DNA of 64,000 nucleotides from Candidatus Gottesmanbacteria bacterium (GTDB lineage Bacteria; Patescibacteriota; Microgenomatia; JAMCYU01): NCBI GenBank assembly GCA_043801155.1, contig JAZDMI010000011.1, positions 27,439 to 91,438 of the forward strand, read 5' to 3'. Shown piece by piece: positions 56,544 to 64,000 of this stretch (position 1 is its first letter; each line of letters starts with the position of its first letter). The notes under the pieces were generated by a model. It saw only the letters and a program-made list of their open reading frames with translations, ran no database searches and was not told where the DNA came from. The position numbers and the translations under genes were made by a program.

Positions 56544-59500
56544 ATGACTGATTTTGTTCATCTTCATGTCCATACAGAATATTCTTTGCTTGATGGACTA
56601 GCCAAAATTACTGACCTTCTTTCCCGTGCCAAAGATTTAGGGATGAAAGCTTTAGCTATTACTGATCATGGCAATATGTATGGTGTGTTTAAGTTTTATC
56701 TGGCGGCCAGGGATTTGGGAATTAAACCAATTATCGGTACGGAAGCTTATATGGCCGCTCGATCTCGATTTGATAAGCAATCAGGTATTGATAACGACCA
56801 ATACCATTTAACACTTTTGGCGAAAAATGACATTGGTTATAAAAATCTGATGAAACTATCGAGCATATCTCATTTAGAGGGTTTCTATTACAAACCAAGA
56901 ATTGATATGGAGGTTTTAAAACAATACTCTGATGGGCTAATCGCCCTTTCCGGATGTCTCGAAGGAGAAATTCCTCATCTATTGCGAATTGGTCAGAGTG
57001 ATAAGGCGGAAAAAAAGGCCAGAGAATTTATGGAAATTTTTGGTAACGATCATTTTTATTTAGAAATCCAATCGCATCCAAAAATTCCCGAACAAGAGAT
57101 AACCAATAAAATGGTCGTTCATTTAGCCGAAAAATTAGGTATACCATTGGTGGCTACTAATGACAGCCATTATGTAAATCCACAAGATGCGCAAGCGCAA
57201 GAAATTCTATTGTGCGTACAAACACAACACACGATTCTGGAAAAAGACCGACCTTTATCAATGATTAATTGTCCTGATTTTTACTTAAAAACACCGGCAG
57301 AAATGTCCGAAGCTTTTCCCCAATATCCTCAAGCTATAGAAAATACTTTAAAAATTGCCGATATGTGTGATGTTACGATTGATATGGGGAAATGGATTCT
57401 TCCACATTTTCCAGTACCGGACAATTCTTCGTCAGGTGATTATCTTAAAAAGCTTTGTCTTGCGAGGTTACCAGAACGCTTTCCAAATGCAACTGCAGAG
57501 ATTCACCAACGACTCGATTATGAATTATCAGTCATTATTCAAAAGGGTTATTCAACCTATTTCTTAATTGTTCAGGATTTTGTTAATTGGGCTAAAAGCA
57601 AGGGTATTGCTGTAGGACCAGGTCGGGGATCCGTGGCCGGATCAATTGTATCTTATATTTTAAAAATTACCGATCTTGACCCCTTGTTCCATAATTTACC
57701 TTTTGAACGTTTTTTAAACCCAGAACGTCCGTCTCCTCCCGATATTGATTTGGATTTTGCCGATGATCATCGGGATGAAGTAATTGCCTATGTGGTAAAT
57801 AAATACGGTAAAGATAAGGTGGCGCAAATTATTACATTTGGAACAATGGAGGCCAGACAGGCAGTCAGAGACTGCGGTCGCGCATTAGGAATGCCATATA
57901 TACAACCTGATCGGATTGCCAAGTTAATTCCCATTGGTGCCCAAGGTTTTCCGATGACGATAAATCGTGCCTTAGAAATTTCACCTGAATTAGCCTCAGC
58001 ATATCAAAATGAGCCGGAAACAAAAAGATTACTTGATTTGGCAAAGAAACTTGAAGGAGTAGCCCGTCATGCATCGACCCATGCAGCTGGTGTGGTGATT
58101 GCTGATAAACCATTAGTTGAATATACGCCCCTACAGAGGGAAATAAAAGGCGAAAAAATTATTACTCAATATGACATGTATTGTCTAGACCTTAATGCCG
58201 CGCCCGAAGGCAGAGCGGTTGGGCTTTTAAAAATGGACTTTTTAGGTTTACGTAATTTAACCATCTTGCAGAATGCGATTAAATTTATCAAAGAAGTCCG
58301 GGGAGAATCAATCGAGCTAATAAAGATTCCCCTTGATGATGCAGGTGTCTTTGACATCATCACTAAAGGAAATACCACCGGAATATTTCAACTTGAATCA
58401 TCGGGAATGCGCCGTTTAGCCCATGATCTTAAACCGAATAAGTTTTCTGACATATCCGCTATGGTGGCACTTTTTCGTCCTGGACCAATGGAATGGATCA
58501 ATGATTTTATAGCCGCGAAAAAAGATCCAACTAGTATTAAATATCCTCATCCGGATTTAAAACCGATTCTGGCGGAAACTTATGGTATAGCCGTTTATCA
58601 GGAACAATGTATGCAGATTGCCAACGCTATGGCGGGTTATACACTAGCAGAAGCCGATCGTTTCCGTATGGCTATTGGTAAGAAAAAACATTCCTTGATG
58701 GAAAAGGAAAAAGAAAAATTTATTGCTGGTTGTCAAAAACAAGGATATTCAAAAGCTGTCGCCGAAAAGGTATTTTCCTTAATTGAAAAATTTGTTGGTT
58801 ATGGTTTTAATAAGGCTCATTCGGCATCGTACGGGATGATTGCCTATCAAACAGCCTATATGAAAGTTCATTATCCCATCGAATTTATGACCGCTGTTTT
58901 AACCGCCGAAAGTCGAGGATCTTCAGGTCCAATAAAGGACGAAAAATTAAGCCGGGCTGTTGAAGAGTGCCGCCGGATGAAAATTTCTCTTTTACCACCA
59001 GATATTAATTATTCAGAAATTGAATTTACAATTGAGAAAAACGCCATCAGATTTGGTTTAACCGCTATAAAAAATGTCGGCGAAGCGGCTATTGAAACGA
59101 TTTTGGCAGCTCGACAAAAAGAAGGCAACTTTAAATCGTTAACTGATTTTTGTTATCGTGTCGATTTACAAAAAGTCAATAAAAAAACATTGGAAAGCCT
59201 GATTAAGGCCGGAGCGATGGATGCTTTTGGTAAACGATCATCGATGCTAGCTTCTATTTATAAAATTATGGAGGAAAACCATCGCCTTAAAAAACAGCAA
59301 GATCAAGGTCAAACCAGTCTTTTTGACGATACCGAAAACGATAATAAAGAATGCCTTATTGATATAGAAGAATTATCGCGGGTAGAATTACTTTCTTTTG
59401 AAAGAGAATTATTAGGCTTTTATTTAACCGAACATCCTCTACAGCCGGTTATTAATTCCTTAGAAAATCGGATTACTCATAAGATTATTGACTTATCAGA

Positions 59501-59762
59501 AATAAATTCCGGAAGTAACGTTCTAATTGGGGGAGTAATTATTCAGGTTAAAAAGATACTAACTAAACAAAATAATTCCGAAATGGCCTTTGTTAGATTA
59601 GAAGATCTAACTGGATCTATTGAAATCATTGTTTTCCCGCGAATATTTTCCCAATATAAAGAATATGTTGCCTTGGATAAAATAATTATCGTTATGGGAA
59701 AAATTGATTATAAAGATGAAAAACCAATGATCATTGCCGAAAAATTAATATTACTTGATTGA
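56544..59762 (+). CDS. dnaE: DNA polymerase III alpha subunit
   Basis: 1072 aa. PHP N-terminus (FVHLHVHTEYSLLDG), polymerase core, and OB-fold C-terminus. Confidence 0.95.
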   Translation: MTDFVHLHVHTEYSLLDGLAKITDLLSRAKDLGMKALAITDHGNMYGVFKFYLAARDLGIKPIIGTEAYMAARSRFDKQSGIDNDQYHLTLLAKNDIGYKNLMKLSSISHLEGFYYKPRIDMEVLKQYSDGLIALSGCLEGEIPHLLRIGQSDKAEKKAREFMEIFGNDHFYLEIQSHPKIPEQEITNKMVVHLAEKLGIPLVATNDSHYVNPQDAQAQEILLCVQTQHTILEKDRPLSMINCPDFYLKTPAEMSEAFPQYPQAIENTLKIADMCDVTIDMGKWILPHFPVPDNSSSGDYLKKLCLARLPERFPNATAEIHQRLDYELSVIIQKGYSTYFLIVQDFVNWAKSKGIAVGPGRGSVAGSIVSYILKITDLDPLFHNLPFERFLNPERPSPPDIDLDFADDHRDEVIAYVVNKYGKDKVAQIITFGTMEARQAVRDCGRALGMPYIQPDRIAKLIPIGAQGFPMTINRALEISPELASAYQNEPETKRLLDLAKKLEGVARHASTHAAGVVIADKPLVEYTPLQREIKGEKIITQYDMYCLDLNAAPEGRAVGLLKMDFLGLRNLTILQNAIKFIKEVRGESIELIKIPLDDAGVFDIITKGNTTGIFQLESSGMRRLAHDLKPNKFSDISAMVALFRPGPMEWINDFIAAKKDPTSIKYPHPDLKPILAETYGIAVYQEQCMQIANAMAGYTLAEADRFRMAIGKKKHSLMEKEKEKFIAGCQKQGYSKAVAEKVFSLIEKFVGYGFNKAHSASYGMIAYQTAYMKVHYPIEFMTAVLTAESRGSSGPIKDEKLSRAVEECRRMKISLLPPDINYSEIEFTIEKNAIRFGLTAIKNVGEAAIETILAARQKEGNFKSLTDFCYRVDLQKVNKKTLESLIKAGAMDAFGKRSSMLASIYKIMEENHRLKKQQDQGQTSLFDDTENDNKECLIDIEELSRVELLSFERELLGFYLTEHPLQPVINSLENRITHKIIDLSEINSGSNVLIGGVIIQVKKILTKQNNSEMAFVRLEDLTGSIEIIVFPRIFSQYKEYVALDKIIIVMGKIDYKDEKPMIIAEKLILLD

Positions 59763-59778
59763 TTATATTAGGATAATA

Positions 59779-59807
59779 TTGACTTTACCTCAAAAAGATT
59801 TTATTAT
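59779..59807 (+). promoter_or_regulatory. Sigma-70-like promoter for the atp operon (TTGACT-17 nt-TATTAT)
   Basis: TTGACT at 59779-59784, a 17-nt spacer, and TATTAT at 59802-59807, 18 nt upstream of atpB. Confidence 0.5.
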
Positions 59808-59824
59808 TAACCTAATTATTAACT

Positions 59825-60559
59825 ATGAATATCTCAATTGCGGCGGAGCCAGTTTTTTATTTTATGGGCTTCCCGGTAACAAATTCGTTAATCGGAACCT
59901 GGATTGTAATGGCTGTTTTAATTACTTTGGCATTGGCAATAAATAAGGTTAATAAAATAATTCCACAAGGATTACAAAACTATTTTGAAGCTGTATTTGG
60001 TGGTTTTTTAGGATTGGCTGAATCGATAGCCGGTGAAAAGGCAAGAATCTTTTTTCCAATAATTTTCACTTTTTTCATATTTATTATTCTTTCTAATTGG
60101 TTTGGTTTACTTCCCGGAGTAGGATCGCTTGGTTTTTATGAAGAAATCCATGGACATAGAGTCTTTATTCCATATTTTAGAGCCGCCACCTCCGATTTAA
60201 ATACAACAATTGCCTTGGCCATTATTTCTGTTGCCGCGACGCAATATTTCGGATTTAAATCATTAAAAATAAAATATATGAAAAGATTTTTCGATTTTAG
60301 CGGACCGATAAACTTTTTTGTTGGTATTTTAGAATTAGTATCAGAATTTACTAAGATAATATCTTTTGGATTTCGTTTATTTGGGAATATATTTGCCGGA
60401 GAAGTCTTATTAATGGTCATGGCCTTTTTAATTCCTTTAGCCGGAAGTTTACCCTTTTTTGGATTAGAAATTTTTATTGGCTTTATCCAGGCGTTAGTTT
60501 TCTCGATGTTAAGTTTAGTGTTCTTTAACGTAGCCACAATTGGCCACGAAGAACATTGA
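59825..60559 (+). CDS. atpB: F0F1 ATP synthase subunit a
   Basis: Essential Arg in FRLFGNIFAGE. 5-6 TM helices. Confidence 0.9.
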   Translation: MNISIAAEPVFYFMGFPVTNSLIGTWIVMAVLITLALAINKVNKIIPQGLQNYFEAVFGGFLGLAESIAGEKARIFFPIIFTFFIFIILSNWFGLLPGVGSLGFYEEIHGHRVFIPYFRAATSDLNTTIALAIISVAATQYFGFKSLKIKYMKRFFDFSGPINFFVGILELVSEFTKIISFGFRLFGNIFAGEVLLMVMAFLIPLAGSLPFFGLEIFIGFIQALVFSMLSLVFFNVATIGHEEH

Positions 60560-60571
60560 CAAAGGAGGTGA

Positions 60572-60793
<222 letters not shown>

Positions 60794-60811
60794 GCAAATT
60801 AGTCTAATTAG

Positions 60812-61312
60812 GTGAATTTGCCTAATTGGATAAAAAATATGGAAAGCTTAGGTATTGATTTTAGGATGCTTATAGCCCAGATCTTTAATTTTCTGGTGCT
60901 ATTGTTTATATTAAATAAATTTTTGTATAAACCAATTCTACGTTATTTTGACGCCAGGAAGAAAAAAATTGAAGAAGGGTTGGTTAATTCAGAAAAAATA
61001 ACTAAACAATTAGCTGATATTGAAACAAAGAAAGCAGAGATTCTTAGACAAGCCCAAGACCAGGCGAAGTTATTAATTACTCAAGAGCGGAAATTAGCTG
61101 AAGATGAAAAGTCAAAAATTATCGAAGAAGCCAAAAATAAGGCAGTCGAAGAAATTAAAAAAGGTGAAGTCATTGCTAGGCAAGAATTAGTCAAAGCTAA
61201 AGACGAGATTAAAAAAGAAGCAGTATTAATAGCGTCTTTAATGACCAAAAAAATTATGGCTGATCTGACTGATGAGGATAGACATAAGTTAATTGAAGAT
61301 ACTTTAAAATAA
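60812..61312 (+). CDS. atpF: F0F1 ATP synthase subunit b
   Basis: N-terminal TM segment plus a long charged coiled-coil. Confidence 0.8.
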   Translation: MNLPNWIKNMESLGIDFRMLIAQIFNFLVLLFILNKFLYKPILRYFDARKKKIEEGLVNSEKITKQLADIETKKAEILRQAQDQAKLLITQERKLAEDEKSKIIEEAKNKAVEEIKKGEVIARQELVKAKDEIKKEAVLIASLMTKKIMADLTDEDRHKLIEDTLK

Positions 61313-61315
61313 TAT

Positions 61316-61648
61316 ATGGAAAAAATTGACGAAATTATAAATGGCTTTCTGAATTATCTTTCTTCAACCCAACAGAAACATTTATTACCAAAAATAGTCG
61401 AGAGATTAAATCAAATAATAAATGAGGAAAAGGATATTGCTTATGTCACGTCGGCTGTAAGTCTAACCAATGTTGAACAAGATAAGATTCTTAAATATTT
61501 ATATAAAATATATAATAAGAATTTTGTATTAAAAATTGATATTAACAAAAATATTATCGGCGGTTTAAAAATTATTGTTGGTGATAAGGTTATTGATCAA
61601 TCAATAAATGGAAGAATCGATAATTTAGTCGAGAAATTAATAAGTTAA
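61316..61648 (+). CDS. atpH: F0F1 ATP synthase subunit delta (short form)
   Basis: Assigned by position between atpF and atpA. 110 aa with a C-terminal [20 protein letters not shown]. Confidence 0.65.
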   Translation: MEKIDEIINGFLNYLSSTQQKHLLPKIVERLNQIINEEKDIAYVTSAVSLTNVEQDKILKYLYKIYNKNFVLKIDINKNIIGGLKIIVGDKVIDQSINGRIDNLVEKLIS

Positions 61649-61650
61649 AA

Positions 61651-63153
61651 ATGGATATTAAACAAATAACTTCACAGATAGAACAAGAAATCGATAGAAT
61701 TAAGGAAGATAATCGATTTGTTAGTACCGGGAAAATTATAAGGATCAGTGACGGAGTCGCGATATTATCCGGACTTTCTGATGTTGCTTATAACGAACTT
61801 CTTGTTTTTCCAGGAAAAATATACGGTGTTGCTTTGAATTTGGAAGAGGATAAAGTTGGAGCGATTATTCTGGGAGATTATTTATCCTTGTCCGAGGGCG
61901 ATGAAGTTAAAGCTACTGGTCGCTTATTATCATTACCCGTTGGTGATGAATTAATTGGTCGTGTTCTTAATCCTCTGGGTATGGCTCTTGACGGCAAACC
62001 GGAAATTACCAGCAAGACATATTATCCAATTGAAAAACTAGCTCCGGGCGTAACTGCTCGACAACCAGTGAATGCTCCATTACAAACAGGAATCAAGGCG
62101 ATTGACAGTATGACTCCGATTGGACGCGGGCAACGTGAATTAATCATTGGTGACCGAGGAACCGGGAAAACCGCTTTGATATTGGATACTATCATTAACC
62201 AAAAAGGTAAAAATATAGTTTGTATATACGTTGCCATTGGCCAAAAAGCTTCAAGAGTTGCTCAGGTAATTGATATTTTAAATAGTTTTAATGCCTTTTC
62301 ACATACGATTATTGTCTCTGCTACGGCTGCCGACCCAGTATCCTTACAATATTTAGCCCCTTACACCGGTTGTACGATTGGAGAATATTTTATGGATAAA
62401 GGTCAGGATGCGGTTGTCTTCTACGATGATCTCTCAAAGCATGCCTGGGCATATCGACAGATTTCTTTAATTTTAAGAAGGCCTTCCGGAAGAGAAGCAT
62501 ATCCCGGTGATATTTTCTATTTACACTCTAAACTTCTTGAAAGAGCCTGTCGTTTGAATCAGGACCATGGTGGTGGGAGTTTAACGGCTATTCCCATCAT
62601 CGAAACTCAAGCCGGTGATATATCCGCCTATATCCCAACAAATGTTATTTCCATTACCGACGGACAAATATATTTAGAACCAGATTTATTTTATGCCGGT
62701 ATCAGGCCAGCGATTAATGTTGGTTTATCAGTATCTAGGGTTGGTAGTGCAGCCCAAATTAAAGCGATGAAACAAGTAGCCGGAAAACTAAGATTAGATT
62801 TAGCTCAATATCGAGATTTAGCTGCCTTTGCACAATTCTCAACTGATTTAGATACCGCTACGCGAGGTCAATTAGATCGTGGTGCCCGCATGACGGAAAT
62901 ATTAAAACAACCTCAATTTCTACCTGTGGCCGTTAGTCATCAAGTATTAATTATTTGGGCTGGATCTAATGGCTATTTAGATGATTTACCAATCTCTAGT
63001 ATTGCTGATTTTGAAAAACAATATTTACACTTTGTGTCCAAAAAATATCCAAAAATAATGGCTGAAATAGATACTGAAAAGCAAATAAAACCTGAACTGG
63101 AAGAAAAAATTAAAAAAATTATTGAGGAATTTAGAAAACAATTTCATGTCTAG
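61651..63153 (+). CDS. atpA: F0F1 ATP synthase subunit alpha
   Basis: Walker A GDRGTGKT and the typical alpha-subunit N-terminal barrel. Confidence 0.95.
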   Translation: MDIKQITSQIEQEIDRIKEDNRFVSTGKIIRISDGVAILSGLSDVAYNELLVFPGKIYGVALNLEEDKVGAIILGDYLSLSEGDEVKATGRLLSLPVGDELIGRVLNPLGMALDGKPEITSKTYYPIEKLAPGVTARQPVNAPLQTGIKAIDSMTPIGRGQRELIIGDRGTGKTALILDTIINQKGKNIVCIYVAIGQKASRVAQVIDILNSFNAFSHTIIVSATAADPVSLQYLAPYTGCTIGEYFMDKGQDAVVFYDDLSKHAWAYRQISLILRRPSGREAYPGDIFYLHSKLLERACRLNQDHGGGSLTAIPIIETQAGDISAYIPTNVISITDGQIYLEPDLFYAGIRPAINVGLSVSRVGSAAQIKAMKQVAGKLRLDLAQYRDLAAFAQFSTDLDTATRGQLDRGARMTEILKQPQFLPVAVSHQVLIIWAGSNGYLDDLPISSIADFEKQYLHFVSKKYPKIMAEIDTEKQIKPELEEKIKKIIEEFRKQFHV

Positions 63154-63994
63154 TATAAGATTAATTAAAAGACGCATCAAAGTCGCCCGAAATATTTCGC
63201 AAATTACTAAAGCTATGGAAATGGTAGCTGCTTCCAAGATGAGGAAAGCCCAGCAAAAAGCGGTTGCCGGGAAACCTTATGCTCAAAAAATATACGATGT
63301 TACTCATGAAGTTACCGGCAGAATTACGTCTACCGGAGAATCAATTCCCTTACTTAAGACAAATGAAAGTTTAAAAAAATTAATCATCTTGATTACTACA
63401 ACAAAAGGACTATGCGGCGGCTTAAATACAAATTTATTCAGGCAACTTAACCAGTGGTTTAGCGATCGGACAGAATATGATTTCGTTACTTTTGGAAAAA
63501 AAGGGCAATCTTTTATACTTAGAACCGGTCGTCAGTTGGTGGCTGATTTCTCTAATATAAATTATTTAGATAGTGTTGGGGCTTTAATGGATCTGATTAC
63601 GATCAAATTTATTGATAATACTTATCAAGAAGTATGGCTGGTCTATAATAATTTTATTTCAATACTTAATCAGGAACCAACCAAAGAAATGATTTTACCA
63701 ATAATAAATATTGAAAATAATAATCCGGTAAATTCCGATATGTTGATGGAACCGGACCCGATTACTTTAATGAATCAATTATTGCCAAGATATATTGAGG
63801 TAAGTATACGACGGGCAATTTTAGAGGCGGAAGCATCCGAACATTCAGCTAGAATGATCGCGATGAAAAATGCCACTGACAGTGCAAACCAATTGATGGA
63901 AAATTTAACGCTTGATTACAATAAAGTCCGACAACAAATGATAACATACGAAATTGCTGATATCGTTACAGCCAGAGAAGCCATACAATCATAA
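63146..63994 (+). CDS. atpG: F0F1 ATP synthase subunit gamma
   Basis: [31 protein letters not shown]-terminus. The start is at the ATG overlapping the atpA stop (ATGTCTAG). Confidence 0.9.
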   Translation: MSSIRLIKRRIKVARNISQITKAMEMVAASKMRKAQQKAVAGKPYAQKIYDVTHEVTGRITSTGESIPLLKTNESLKKLIILITTTKGLCGGLNTNLFRQLNQWFSDRTEYDFVTFGKKGQSFILRTGRQLVADFSNINYLDSVGALMDLITIKFIDNTYQEVWLVYNNFISILNQEPTKEMILPIINIENNNPVNSDMLMEPDPITLMNQLLPRYIEVSIRRAILEAEASEHSARMIAMKNATDSANQLMENLTLDYNKVRQQMITYEIADIVTAREAIQS

Positions 63995-64000
63995 AATATA

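Overview
The window is AT-rich (about 33-36% GC) and uses the standard genetic code: TGA ends murC and purB. Gene content and order look like a small monoderm or Candidate-Phyla-Radiation-like genome, though that cannot be proven from the sequence alone. There is no outer-membrane machinery, isoleucyl-tRNA synthetase is of the archaeal/eukaryal type, and a MurT/GatD pair (amidation of the lipid II peptidoglycan precursor) is present. Almost everything is on the plus strand. The first 17 kb is a peptidoglycan and cell-division supercluster: murC(partial)-murB-murA-glmU-like-glmS-ddl-murF-dgkA-mraY-murD-ftsW-hypothetical-murG-ftsQ-ftsA-ftsZ. Downstream of ftsZ is a roughly 5 kb accessory segment (17.2-22.1 kb). 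It holds GC-elevated cargo, namely a NUDIX hydrolase, a LapA-like membrane protein and a GH26-like glycoside hydrolase, followed by several small hypothetical proteins, some with zinc-ribbon motifs. Then come ileS, rodA, rplU, an RNA-methyltransferase-like gene, rpmA, parB, lepB, tRNA-Val, purB, a large secreted lipase, and an 8.4 kb surface-glycosylation locus (three GT2, one SAM methyltransferase, three GT-C-type membrane transferases, one O-antigen-ligase-like gene). After that is a minus-strand accessory stretch with three tRNAs (Thr, Gly, Asp), an inositol monophosphatase, a GC-elevated GT2-like gene and a LysM protein. The window ends with polX, lemA, htpX, murT-gatD, gatCAB, a GGDEF cyclase, dnaE and atpBEFHAG. 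The most unusual observations are not whole genes. (1) The last 9-13 codons of ftsZ recur twice downstream as orphan copies with synonymous codon changes, and these copies delimit two GC-elevated cargo modules; the glmS tail is likewise duplicated. (2) A family of GC-rich palindromic mini-elements has two copies inserted in-frame into a GT2 gene and into gatD, plus two intergenic copies. (3) Four conserved genes carry 28-35 nt tracts with strict 7-nt periodicity. (4) An identical 28-bp palindrome abuts the 5' ends of two tRNA genes. None of this can be confirmed without database searches; the checks that would confirm or refute each point are stated per finding.
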